Source of the DNA: Felis catus | Lineage: Eukaryota | Length of the DNA stretch: 64,000 nucleotides | Reading direction: 5' to 3' | Assembly: GCF_018350175.1 (NCBI RefSeq) | Contig: NC_058368.1 | Coordinates: 115,942,001 to 116,006,000 of the forward strand | In this document: positions 13,895 through 26,950 of the stretch, piece by piece | Position numbering within the stretch: position 1 is the first letter of the stretch | Layout: every line of letters begins with the position of its first letter | Notes under the pieces: model-generated | Told to the model about the DNA's origin: nothing | The model's input: only the letters and a program-made list of their open reading frames with translations | The model's database searches: none | Program-made: the position numbers and the translations under genes

Positions 13895-14300
13895 TGCCAC
13901 AGGCAGGTGGAAACTGGGACTCAGAAAAATTAAGCGACTTTCCCCAAGCTCACATAGCTAGTAAGGAACAGAGCCGGGATTTTAATAAATATCAGTCTGA
14001 ATCCCAAACCGTTTTCTTTCCACTAACAACAGACGTGTCAACAACAGTAATTGCGGCTAGCCTGATCGAAGGTTTCCTCCAAGCAGGCAATTTTCTAAGC
14101 ACTTTATGTGGAGTAACTCACTGAAACCTGACCCCAACGTCACGTGGTAGGTGTTATTATTAGCCCCATGTTATAGTTGGGGAACGGGGGCAAAAAGAGG
14201 TTAATGAATTTGCCCAAAGTGATACAGCTAGTAAGTCACAGAGCCAAGATTCACCCTTCAAAGTCGGCTCCGGAGCATGCAGTCTTAACCACTACGTGAT
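13895..14300 (-). mobile_element. Two adjacent MIR fragments
   Basis: Reverse MIR core twice (ggaaactgggactcagaaaaattaagcgactttccccaagctcacatagctagtaag; gaggttaatgaatttgcccaaagtgatacagctagtaag). Confidence 0.7.
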
Positions 14301-14313
14301 ATATAGTTGAAAC

Positions 14314-14361
14314 TTTCTTTCTTTCTTTCTTTCTTTTCTTTCTTTCTTTCTTCCTTCCTTC

Positions 14362-14411
<50 letters not shown>
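14314..14411 (+). repeat. (TTTC)n/(TTCC)n tetranucleotide microsatellite
   Basis: Directly visible. Confidence 0.95.
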
Positions 14412-14412
<1 letters not shown>

Positions 14413-14598
14413 GTTTATTTTTGAGAGAGAGAGCATGAAAGCAAGCTGGGTAGGGGCAGAGAGAGAGGGAGACAGAGGATCTGAAGTGGGCTCTGTGCTG
14501 ACAGCAGCGAGCCCTATGCAGGGCTCAAACTCATGAACCGTGAGATCACGACCGGAGCTGAAGTCAGACGCTTAACGGACTGAGCCACCCAGGCGCCC
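14317..14598 (-). mobile_element. Carnivore SINE with (GAAA)n-expanded tail
   Basis: Perfect 16-bp TSD atatagttgaaacttt at 14301-14316 and 14601-14616. Confidence 0.96.
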
Positions 14599-16758
14599 TA
14601 ATATAGTTGAAACTTTAGAACAGACTACATACATTGAGAAGAGAACCAGGGACAGCCCCTTAGGAGCTGTATCCTTTTAAGACAGAAGAAGACCCAGTGA
14701 TGGAAAAACATGAGAGGGATGTAAGAGGGGAAGGAACCAAACACTATGTGTACAACATCACTGGAGGAACCCATGGCAGGGTCCACAAAGCAGCTTCAGT
14801 CTTTAAAGGTGAATGGGTCAATAGCAATCCAGCCATGACCCCTTCCCCAAATTCACAGTTGTAGTAACAAACTCTTCCAAAGCAAGTGATCTTTGAATTG
14901 TAGAAGAGAGAGTAACATTCACCCTCTGAGACGGGAACAGAAGCAGCACTATTGCCCTTTTCTACTTTTCTCTTACAATGACAACATTCACCCTTCCTCT
15001 GGACTGACTAGGTGGTTACTTAACTTCAGAGATGAGAAAAGTCAACTTGTGTTGTGTACTCACTTTAAAAAAATATGGTTTGTGAGCTTGGTCCAGTGAA
15101 GACCATCAAACCAACTAGGACCTTTTATGCACTTGATGTGATTGATTCCTTCACAGACTGAATCTAAAACCAATGCCTTTAACCTTTACTTCTGTACAAT
15201 AAGCTCTGGGCCTAAGGCTCATTCACCAGAGGCCCTGAGGCTGTGATACCACACAGAAGAATCAAGGAGCCCATGTTCAGTGTGGGCCAAGTTGAAGTGG
15301 GGGGGGTGTGGCAGTGGGAACTGGCAGAGGTGAAAACAATATTCCCAGGGGAACTAGTCTCAGCTCCAGCTCCCATTTGCCCTCTCAGTTAGATGGGAGC
15401 ATAACATGCACAGCAGAAACCTACTCAGATAATTTGCATAATGAGAAACAAAGACAGGAAGCCCCTCCCAATCTGGGGGCCCTCCACGTGCCTCCTTCAA
15501 CCTACAAGTTAGATAGATTCTTTCCCATTGGCAAGAAGTTTCTCTCAGAGGTGGTAATGTTTTGCTTGGGCCACAGCATGACTACCTGGCTCCACATCCT
15601 AGGTTCTTCTCAGTATTGGCCTGAATCATTTGGGCCGAGCCCTGGGAGTGCCATCTTCAAGGATGACTGTCAGTACTTGGCCAAGACACCTTAACATACA
15701 CGTTACTAGGAGGCCCCATGCGTGTCACTAGCCTTTTTGGAAAAAGCATTCCCTTTTGAAAATGACACTTGCAAGTATGGGAGAGGCTTTCTTGGAAAAA
15801 CCCCATGTTTTGTCCAAAAGAACTGGACCTGAAACTCCACCAGATTTGTCATATGTGATTCCTCCCTCACCGGTCCCTATCCCAGGCCTTGTTCATTATC
15901 TTCTCATTAGGTCCATCATTCCTAACGTCCAAGAAAGCATTGGAAAGTTTGCACTAGAAATTTCTGGCAACTTCTCTGGTTCTTGGGAATGGGGGCTGAG
16001 GAGTGGCACTTATAATGATGACAAAAGCAGGTGTGACAGCAGACCCAAGCAAGGAGCACCAAGGGCTCTCAGAAGCAAGGAGCACCAACAGGTTCTCAGA
16101 AATGAACCCACATGAATGGACTAGGAAAAGGAAACCAACTAAGAGGAAGCTGCCTTTGGAAGCCCCAGTGTCCTTTGAAAGAAGCTCTTCCCTTGTGGGC
16201 TTTAGTTTCACTCTGTGACAATTGGATCATGTTGTGGGCTGAGACTTGTTTCTTCCTTTTTAAAAATTCTTCCTTTTATTATTTTCCCTCTGAAATCCAA
16301 TCAACCAATGACAATACTGGGAAAGTTGCACTGGATACAGCCTTGCTATTCTTTTTCTCATTCCGTGATAGGAAGTGAGACATGACAGAGCTCCTTAATC
16401 TATCTGTTCCATCCTGACTGGTAAATAAACTCTCCTCTCTGAAGCCAAACTTATTCCAAAAGAGAGTCATCAATCAGGCAGTGCTTGTGATATTCATCAC
16501 TGGCCTAAGCAACTGTGGTGAGGTACTCTGCTGAGATTATACTTATGGCCACAGGTACCAGTGGGAGGGATTGACTTGAGGAAGCCGCGTGCCATAGCCC
16601 TGTGCAAAGTGATGACTAGTGATCCTTAGGCACTCTGAGCTAGAAGAGAAAAACCCTCTTGAGACCCACCCCCAACCCCCCGCCCAAAACATCAGCCAAG
16701 CAGATGTGGAAAAAAATGCCTCATTTCAAGGAAATGGTAAAGGATGAACCTGCCAGCA

Positions 16759-16985
16759 GGGCTCCTGGGTGGCTCAGTCGGTTGAGTGTCTGACTTTGGC
16801 TCAGTTCATGATCTCATGGTTGGTGAGTTCGAGCCCCACATTGGGCTCTGTGCTGACAGTGCAGACAGAGGCTGCTTGGGATCCTCTGTCTCCCTCTCTC
16901 TGCCCCTTCCCTGCTCATGCTTGCGCTCACGCGCACTCTCTCTCTGTCTCAAGCTAAATAAATAAACTGAAAAAAAAAAAAAAAA
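16759..16985 (+). mobile_element. Carnivore SINE
   Basis: TSD aaaggatgaacctgcca / aaaggacgaacatgcca. Confidence 0.94.
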
Positions 16986-18930
16986 GGACGAACATGCCAA
17001 AGAGAGACATGAAGAAACACTGAGTTTCCCCTCCCCGACCTTTTAGCAAACAACGGTGATCTAAGAACCAGTCCTAGCCTTCAGAAGCCCTCAAGCTGCC
17101 TACTAGGCAGCGAGGTACAACAACTTGTAATTTGTGGTCTCTGCTTACTACAGATGACACCTGGTCATGCCTCTTACTTCTTAAAATATTCAGCCTGAAG
17201 CATGAACATGTCAAAGTAACTGAGTGCAACTGGACATTCCAGTGAGAAACCCAAGTGGGGAATATCCTAAAAAGTCATATGGCAAGTGAAACTGGAGAAT
17301 TTTTTTGCAGAATGCCAACTAACCAAAAGACAGAAAGGAAACACAAGCCAAAATATTAACACGTGTGAGGAAAACCATCTAGTCATAATTCTAAAACTCA
17401 AGAAAAGAGAATTACCTGCAAGAAAATGAAGATGCGATAGATTACAAAGGGGAAGAAAAGTGAACAGCAATATAACTGAGAACCCAAATTCTGCCCTTTA
17501 TCAAAATGTCTGAAAATACTTCCTATGATCTGGTCTAGTCTGAGTTGTCATTTGAGGAACCTTGAAATTTGTCTAGGGCAAAAGTGGCCAGTAGAGAAAG
17601 CAAAAAGGATCCACTCACTCCATTCTTTCTTGGCAATAGCCATTAATCAAATATTTGTCGTATGTTAACTTACTTCCCCCAAAGATTTTACAATCAGGTG
17701 AAGTAGATAAGATACTGACCCATCAAAAGGTAATTAACAATGCATGGCATTAAATGATACATGTCATATGCATGGTACAGGTCATAAATACTAAAACTCT
17801 AAGAAAATAATAAGGAATACTTGAGGTTGGGGATGTGTAGTCAGCCCAGGATCTGAGGGTTAATAATAGCCAAAAAATATTTAGAGGAAGAAGGCAAGGT
17901 GAGGAATCTTTGTCCTACAAACATTTAAGGATCTACGATTCATACTTTCATCAGGTTCCGCACGTTAATCAATTAAGGAAAATTAAACCCCAAAACTCCA
18001 AAAATGTTCCCTGTTACATGACCACACCTGGGCAGCCCCTAGATCCACACCAACTCCGTGCAGAAACAAGGAAAGACAGAATATGAATAGTGTAGTGTGA
18101 AAGCATCCCCAATGCTGGAAGCCCCCAAATCAAAGCAGGATGAGTCAGGGATCTGCTCTTTTGGGGCGGGGAAAAAAGAAAAGACACTGTCAGCCATTTT
18201 CCAGGGACTTTCAGCAGCTCCTCCTAATAACAGCTAAAACCAGTGACAGTCAAAGAGCAGGCCTGGCAGGACTCCAGAACGTGGACCCCACAAGCATGTT
18301 GAGATTTTGAAATGAAAATTTTGGAGCATGGATCTTAGTCATAGCCATCCTATTTGTGAAACAGAGAAAAGCAGTATCTATCTGTGGGCTTCTCAGAATA
18401 TTGATCAACAGAGAGCCATGGATACATCAAGACTGATAGGACCTCCGTAGAACCAGCATGAACTTCCCTACAGAGAGACCACACACATAATCCCTTCTCT
18501 TCTCATCACCTCAACCAGCCCTACCCAGTGACTCTGTATTGAGATAAATAGGGACATCTGGGTTAAAAATACAGTGGTTGGTGAAAATCTCCCCCTTGCC
18601 TGCCTGCAGTCCGCTTCTAGAACTTAAAATTTTCACTTACTAGTTGTCTTGCTCACATTGATCTCATAAGATTTAGTTAATAATTAATATTTTTTAACAT
18701 TTATTATTGGGTGCTGTGCTAATCATTCTACACGTATTATCTCATTTAATACAGCTATCCTATTAAGTGCTATCACTATCCCTATTTTATAGGAAAGTAA
18801 TTTGCCCAACATCACTGAGTTTGAAAATGTAGAAGATGGTTTCCAAACCCAGGTCTGTTTGGCTGTAAAGCCCAAATTCTTAGTCATTATACCATACTTG
18901 GTAGAATTTTTATTTTTTTAAAGGAAGGGC

Positions 18931-19397
18931 ATCTATGAAAAACTTTCAGCTAACATCATACTTAATGGTGAAGGTCTGAATGCTTTCCACCACGACTAGA
19001 ACAAAGATGTTTGTTCTCACCACTTGTATTCAACATTGTCCTTGGCAGTGCTAGCCGGTGGAATAAGGAAAGAAAAAGAAATAAAGGCAAACAGGTTAGA
19101 AAGTAAAAAGTAAAACTGTCTTTCCTTCACTGACAACATAGTCATGTACACAGAGAAAACTCCTTAAGAAGTCTATCCAAAAAAGTTACTAGGAATAATA
19201 AGTGAATTTATTAAGGTCACAGGATACGAAGTCAAGATTTTAAAAATTATCATCCTGTATGCTAGCAATTAATAACTGGAAAACAAAATTAAACAAAAAT
19301 ACCCTTCACAGTAGCATCCAGAAAACCTGAAATACTGAGGGATAAATTTAACAAAATACGTGCAAGACCCATTCACCGATGACCACAAAACATTACT
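18931..19397 (+). mobile_element. Old L1M ORF2 reverse-transcriptase fragment (frameshifted)
   Basis: atctatgaaaaactttcagctaacatcatacttaatggtgaa (IYEKxxANIILNGE-like), ctcaccacttgtattcaacattgtc (LSPLLFNIV-like), aaagaaaaagaaataaaggc (EKEIKG-like). Confidence 0.85.
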
Positions 19398-21797
19398 GAA
19401 CTGCTCTTAACGTTCAAATACTACTTGCGTGATTGCAAATAAAGTCTTCAGCCTAGCATTCAAAACAGGTGAAAATGTGACCCTCATCTACCTCTCCAGA
19501 CCCTTTCTCCTGTTCTCCTTTTCATTCTGGTTATTTTGCATACTACAAATATGCCCCTCTGCTGAAGAGAATGGTGGCTCTCTCTGCATGAAATCCATGT
19601 AGTCAATCAATTGGTCTCTATCTCTAAACCACCCCTACCTCAACTATCCCTGGCTGTTAGAATCCCATCTCAAACTACTTCTCCAAGAAACTTTCTTTAA
19701 TCCTCTAACTGAATATGATCTTCTTTTCCTCTCAGATGCTTCCCCTGCTCCCAAAAGCACTACGCTGGTATCTTACGGCATTTATCATATTCTGGATTGA
19801 CCTGCTGCTCTATCTTTGTACTTCCAGACTGTAAACTCCTTGATGACAGGAACTGTGTCTGATATAACTACCCAGAAAGTACCTAGTTCTTTACACAGAG
19901 CACACCTATAAGTATTTGTTGAAGCAAGCATTTGAAAGATGGAATTGAAACCAAGCTCTCTTAGTAATACAACCTCAGGAATACCAAAATGCATCACTGT
20001 CACAATAGAATTAATGATGTCCTGACTGTCCCGGGGACTGAACCAGGTATTTAGCCATGGGGTGACTTTCCTCTCACTCAGTTCCGAGGAATGTGAGCTC
20101 AGTTTGTCTTCTGTTAGTCGGACCAATAGCAAGATCAAGACCAAGTAAAACATCCTAGCCTAGAGGACAAAGACAGATCCTCAGTCTGAATAAACAGATC
20201 AGTGAGGGAAAAGAGGAGGGGGAAGCCGATGTCATCAGCACAAGGCAGGAAATCTATGAAGACAAAAGAGAAGCACTAAAGATTCTGTTTCTGAAAAAAG
20301 GATAAAAAGCGACCTGAACGTCACATCTTGGGGGGCTGTGTTGCTGTAGTATACGGAAGTCTCTAGGATACCTGTGCCTCTGCCACTCTGGACACATCTG
20401 CAAGGGTAAATGGACTATTAACTGCCTCCAGACCACCCCAGGAGGCAAGCAGCATGGCCAGGTCCTGAGCAGAGGCACAGGGAGGAGCTAACAGGCTCTG
20501 TCCCAGAGAAGGTCCCTGGAGAGGTAACTTGGCTCTCACTGCAAGTACAGAGTGGGAAGGGAATGTTACTGTACAATGGAGCTCATATACCACACTTGGC
20601 TAGAGGCAACTCGCCAGAGAAAGAAGGCTCCTTAACTGAGCCTCATTTATAATTATCGAAAAACATCACAGCTGATTAACAGCAAATGCTCTTAGTCAAC
20701 ATGAATCTCTGTCTTTTGACCCCAGATTGGCAAGAGCTCCAAGCTCTTTGCCTGAGTACAGTATGTCCTCTTTCAAGTCATCCTGATGCCTTTTAGTCAC
20801 CCTCCGGGCTCCTACAGTTGCCATAGCCTAACACGGAGCTCTACTTCACAAAGATTTACCTGTGTGCACTGATGTTTTTAAAGGAGGCTAATTTCACAGA
20901 CTTGTCATAATTTAGCACTTCCACCGGTTAATTCACTTACTTTCCCCAGTTTTCTAACGTGTTGCCTATATCATCTCTTGAAATTCATAAACTGACTTTA
21001 TTTATATGCGCTAATTCCAATAAGTGAGTCGGAGGGGAAGATTAATTCACTAGAAACAAGACAAAAATCCCCATTTCACATACCTTTGAAAATCTGGGGG
21101 GAGGTTTTTACTTTTGGTTCAAATTATACTGCCACCACTTCAGACCTTGAAAAGAAAGACCCCAGAACAAGTTGTTGAAGACTGCACAGGGGAAACTTCA
21201 TTGATATTAACATTCCTTTTCCAAATCAATGTGCGGAATTACCAAATGCCACTAAGCCAGAAGGATTGAGAGGGTTAAAAACTTCCACTGTTGGATTTCC
21301 ATATTTGTTTTTTGCTTACGTATTCGAGTGGCAATTCCCCGATGCTCTGAAATCTCAACACTACATTCAAATTGGTTATCTTAAACATACTTCAAAATAG
21401 TATTCAAGTGGCTAGTCCTAGAATTTACCAATTGTACAGGAATACAGTCAAAATCAAACTCTTCATCAACAGCTGAAGTCTTCGACTTGGCTTCTAAATG
21501 AAAATCAAAGCAATCATGCACTGTAGAGTTTTCTCTTTCCACATATGGAATCATGTGATTTCTCACACGGATTCTGTTGTGAGATTATCAAGAGTGTGAA
21601 ACAGTAGGAATTGCTGTACCGGCAGAGCTATGGCCCTAAAGCTCAGTGGCAAATCTTTGCACCTCTCCTTTGAGCGTCCCAATCAAGATCCATCACAAAA
21701 TTCACTGTCACAGGAAACTTCTTAAAGGCAAAGTATCTGGAAAACAATTTGGGATTTTCATTCCTGACCCAAGGGTTATATTTGCGAGGTAGGGTGG

Positions 21798-21799
<2 letters not shown>

Positions 21800-21843
<44 letters not shown>
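21800..21843. repeat. (TA)n microsatellite
   Basis: About 22 TA units, directly visible. Confidence 0.97.
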
Positions 21844-21844
<1 letters not shown>

Positions 21845-22031
21845 CTTGGGAAGAAGTTCCCATAATCCTGACTCACTGGCAAAATTAACATTCTCCATCT
21901 TTTAAGAGAAAAACATGGCTTCTTTGACAAATATTTTACTTTTAGAGAAGTACACATTTCAAGAATTTGTCATTTTTCAATTGCCTTATTGCCTTAGGAA
22001 CAGGTAGTTTAGAGGGAGACTTTTCACCATG

Positions 22032-22126
22032 TTTTTTTTTTTTTTTTAAGCCCAACATGGGCCTTGAACTCACAATCCTGAGATCAAGACCTGAGCTGAG
22101 ATTAAGCATCAGACACCAGGCACCCC
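22032..22126 (-). mobile_element. Short, internally deleted carnivore SINE
   Basis: caggcacccc head, gaactcacaatcctgagatcaagacctgagc body, poly-T; TSD ttcaccat. Confidence 0.8.
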
Positions 22127-25100
22127 ATTCACCATATATTTGTATGTACTTTCTGGAATAAGGCGTATAAATATTTTGCATACTCAAAAAGCTAAATACA
22201 ATTTTATAAGGAAAAAAGCTATTGATGCACTCACTATTAGGAAATAAAATGAAAATGTCCTAGATAATAAAAGACGGTAAAGAGGATTGGAACCAAGAAG
22301 TGAGTCACCTAGTTAGTTAATCCGCCACCCTCTCTAGTTGCCAAGATATTTGTTAACTCAAACTGTTAGTTGTTTTATTTTAGTTGTTTTATTTTCATTT
22401 AAACAGGAGGGTGAGGGAGTGGTAATCTATTCTCCAAAAAGAAAAAAAAAGAGGGTCCTCTCCAGCAAGACCTTTATTCTTGACACTGCTCAAATCCCAT
22501 TAACACTAATCAGCACAGTGATTAAGCACATTGTGGTTAAGTACTCTAGTTGATAACTACTCCTTTGGAAAAAAGGTTCCCATAGCGACAGGTAAAGGCT
22601 ATCATCAAATTCAGCTTTTGAGACTTGATGTCACAGATCAGAGTTAAGATTGTTTTAGTATTAATCTGGAGGCTTGCTTTTTTAACTTCACTTGACTTCA
22701 TTCATTCAAAAGACCCTCAGGAGAGTCCCTCTATAAACCAGCACAGAACCAACATCAGGGACCGGGAGAGGTAGGAGAAGGACCTCAAAGATAAAATAGG
22801 ATTCCCACCGCCAAGAATTACAATCTGCTATGGAAAGCAGCCACTGAAAGAACGAATGACTTTATGATAGTAATGCTACCCCTAAATCTATAACCAAGCC
22901 TTGTCCTTACCACCATGGATGGTCAGTTTCTAGTCTAGTTTCACTTTCCCATCTTCAAGCTGCAGCACAGCTGGGTTTCCAGCTGGCTGGGGAAGAAAAG
23001 ATTCTTTAAATAAACAGCATTTTAAAAATATGCAGTCACTTTTGCTTTGCCAAATTTTGTGAACCACCTTCCCCTAACATGTGAATCTGGATGTCAAATT
23101 AATTAAAAACTATTTGAAAGAATGTAAAGTGCTCAGGAATACACCTTTTCCATCTTTAACAACAAAGAACACTATACATTGGAAGAAAACTGCAAGTCAG
23201 AAAGTTCCAAAGGAAGAATGATCTTTTTTTTTTTTTTTTGTAACACATCGGCTGTGTCTATTCAACAAGGAAACAGCTTAAAAGCATATACATAGGAAAA
23301 CAACAAGATAGGGTGTGATTATACCAAAATATATGCAACCATTGTTAAAAATGCAGGCCCGTTTGCAGAACAGGATGCCTTGTACAGAGTTGCTAATCTC
23401 TAAGACTTCTTTCTAACTCTTTTTCATCTCCTTTCCACAGAAGGCATAGAAAACACCTCATGTATGCAATCTTAGAAATGCAAAGATTTTACTCAACTCT
23501 TTACCACCAGAGGTAGTAATTTTGGATGAATGATACACATGAGATCTATAAAAATACCCCTCTGACACATACTGTTATTGCAGCCAGATTTCACATGCTT
23601 CAAATCGATATTCTACAGTTGCGGTGAAATTAGCCATTATGAGGACCTTCTAGAAAGGGTCCAGTATGACCCCTCACTGATGCTACTGAGACATTTGCTA
23701 ACTTTTAAGCTCAGTATCACTCTATATGGTATATTATCCCAAAGTCCTGGCCCACCAAAACACACCTTTCTAGATGATCTCCCCAGGAACCATACCTCTC
23801 TGAATCCAGACACATTCAGAGCTGGAACTGGCTAAACAAAGTAACAATTCAACCACAGTTGCTCAATATAACGGCCATGATGACAGTTTCTGAGTGCCAG
23901 TTTCCCTATTTTGCAATGGGCAGATCTGCTCCAAGGAGAAAATGTTCCCAATGACCCTGTGGCCTAGAGGGCTTTCTTTAGAGACAGAAAACAGAAAATG
24001 AATTTGTTAGTTATTTCCTGCTGAACACAAGGAAGGTGTTGTGGTTAGTTAGGATGATTTTGTTTCCTTATTTAATATACCATCACCAGTGCACGCTTTC
24101 TGCTTTCTTTAACCCCGTAGTCGAAAATAGGAAAATGTAGTCTATGCTCTTCTGCCTCACGATCACCAGTTCCACAAGTTTCCTCTCGCAAATATGTCCT
24201 TTAATTTCTAATCCCCTTGTATAAAGCCCCCCTCCTGAACTGACCCAGATCTATATGTTATCAACTCAAAGCAAAAATATTTGCATTTCTGAAGTGTTTA
24301 CTTCCATGCTCATTCCTGCTCCTTGACAATTTGCAGTGTGGGAGAGCCTTCTCCTTAGCACGGATTGCAGTATCTTCTGGGCACTATACTACCCATGCCA
24401 TTTCAATCATATGAGGCGATCATAAGCTCAAAGCAGACAACATTTCTGACCTCCAAATCCTTCCTGATCACACATTCAACTATTAAACTATTAAACTGTC
24501 ACTAAAACGAACAAGGCATAATTGTCAGGAGGGAAGGAGTAAAGGAGGAGGAGGAAGACAGGGGATTACCTGACAATCACCATTGGGTCTCAGTGGACCA
24601 GACTGGGGATTATGTGGTGATGTGCCCTGTGCATATTCAGGAGCAACTCACCGAAAACCAAAACAGAAGCTGTCCTTGGACAAGGTTCAATAAATGTTTT
24701 TACTATCTATTTCCCACTGCACAATACAGATCCACAGCTCCCCACGGGGTCTCAGATAAAATACTTAACAACAAAAAATGAGACATTCTTAACTGGTCTC
24801 AACTTGTCATCATAAAACATTTAAGACATTAAAGAGCAGTCAACAATATTCCTCAGAACAATGTCAGAGAGAGAAATTGCTGTTACCACCAAAGTTTTTC
24901 CCTCCTTATTAAGATACTTCAAGATTCTTCTGATCAAAGTGATCACTGTTCAACATAATGCCTAGATATACTACCACCACTAAATTAAAATTTGTCTCCT
25001 GAAGGACGGCGGCGGGGCCGGGGGGGGGGGGGGGTTTGGTAAGAGGAGGAAAGCTTCCAAAAGTCAAAGGCACTGATCTAGAAAGATAAGGGCAGCAAAA

Positions 25101-26335
25101 CCTCCTATGAGCTGTTACACATTCTTTGCTTCTCAAAGCCTATCTAGAACCAATTGGTAAACTGGTAAACAAGCCAACTTCGATGGCCATCCAGGACATC
25201 TGTCACAATTCAGTGATTACACAGCTCAGAGTCACACAGCAAGCACCAAATTCAGCCTTACTTGGGACAAAATGAAACCCCAATATGAATAAGCACAAGA
25301 TAAGCTAACACCAAACACTCCAGTATGGGGCCGATTTGGTTTGAAATACCTTACTGAGAAGTATTGGGTGCAGGGATAAGAAACAAAAGCTCTTAAACTG
25401 ATATTTCTTTGACTTTTGTCATGGGAGACCTCCACTCCCACCTACAGAGACCTACAGATTTCAGTGTTTTGTTTCCAGTCACCTGCGTTCCTGTGCAGCG
25501 CCCAAAACCATGAAGATGAGAGACGCAGTCAACACATCCTGCCAGTAAGATGTCAGAGCTTGAACTTACAGCATTCAGCAGAAGTAAGTTACTCTCTTTC
25601 ACTGTCATCACCATCAACAGACCTAGTGAAATCTCCCAGAAACAGCCAAGAGAGGTGTCTGCTCGATGGTCCTGGATGTTAAGAGAAAGCATGCTAACTG
25701 CTTAGCAAAGACGGGCAATCACAATGGAGAAAACACCCGAGCCACATGGAGGACGGAAAACAGTAGCATAAAAAGTCCAACTCTGTCTGCGCCAGCGGTG
25801 TGGATGAGCAGAACCCGGAGCCCAGGAGAGGAAGGAGGGGGCGGGGGCCATCATTCCCTAGGAGAACTTGTAAGCGGAGGCCTTCACAAGCTGGGAGTCT
25901 GCCCGGCTGCTCCTGCAGACCCTCTCCAGCCTGAGCAAGGCAGGCCCATGGGAGCAGAGCGGGCAAGGCCTCCGAGGGTCACTCCTGACTCACTGAGCCT
26001 CGGGCCAGCACCGCCCGGACTTCTCCGTTTTTCCTGCCGCTACTGGGCTATGATGGCAGCTTTCCAGCTCCACTTGCCATACATCAGCCGCAGATCGCTG
26101 CTGGCACAGGCCAGCGCCTTCCCCCGCCCCCCACCCCTGGCACACTTTGAGCCCGATCCTCCTTCTCCCCAACCCCAACCCCCTCACCCACCCGTGCCAG
26201 GCGCCCTGCCCAGGGGCGGCCCCACCCCCCAGCAGCCCGCCGCTGCCAGGCCTGGGCACCTGCAGCACCTCTCCGCCCCACCCCCATTCTCTACCACCTC
26301 TCCCCTCCCCCTTTCTCTAGCAGAGGGAGGGGGCG

Positions 26336-26341
26336 ACTCAC
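26336..26341 (-). other. NRG2: 5' splice donor of NRG2 intron 1 (GTGAGT)
   Basis: Minus strand reads TGC G|GTGAGT right after the CTDC codons, where NRG2 similarity stops. Confidence 0.93.
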
Positions 26342-26913
26342 CGCAGTCAGTGCACAGGATCTTGCCCACCTCTTTCTTGAGGTTTTTGCCGTTGGTGTCG
26401 ATGGGGGCAAAGGCCGTCTTAAACACTAAGGGCTGCTCCGTGGGCTCCAGGAAAAAGATGTAGCGCTGGTTCCTTTCGAGCGGCGCACAGGAGCCCACGC
26501 TGATCACCTGCTCGCGCTGCAGACCCCCGCTCCGGAGCGGCCACTTGTCCAGCACCTTTACCAGCGCCACCCGACCCGAGGCAGGCGGCTCTCGGGTGCT
26601 GTTGGAGCTGGAGCCGCCGGCCGGGGCTAACCCCTGTACCTTGCCCTCCACCACCACGGGTGCCTTATACGCCTGGTCCTGCACCGACTTGAGGCTAGGC
26701 GAGTAGCAGGCGAGCGACACACCGAAGAGCAGCATGGAGAAGCCGGGGGCCGGGTCGCGCCTCATGCCGCCGGCGGCTGCGGCTCGAGAGCGGGCGGCGG
26801 CTCTCCGGGCTGCGGGGCTGCGGGGCTGCGGCTGTTGCGGCGGCCGCGGCTCTGGGGGCGCAGCGGGACGGGAGATGCTGCTGTTGCTGCTGCTGCTGCT
26901 CCTGCTGCTGCTC

Positions 26914-26950
<37 letters not shown>

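Larger units (their letters stand above)
1..26341 (-). other. NRG2: NRG2 intron 1 (5' portion; exon 2 not found in window)
   Basis: Lies downstream of the exon 1 donor; no ORF resembling the NRG2 Ig or EGF domains appears in 1-26335. Confidence 0.85.

Noticed and set aside
26184..26341. Read-through of the NRG2 ORF beyond CTDC (GESPPPSARE...)
   Set aside because: NRG2 similarity ends at a consensus GTGAGT donor, so this is intronic sequence.
25666..26463. 265-aa plus-strand ORF antisense to exon 1 and intron 1
   Set aside because: Pro/Ala-rich with no recognisable domain; expected from stop-codon scarcity in a GC-rich island.
26548..26568. REST/NRSE-like sequence TCCAGCACCTTTACCAGCGCC in exon 1
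   Set aside because: Matches 15 of 21 consensus positions but lacks the critical GGA of the GGACAG half-site, and is explained by coding constraint.
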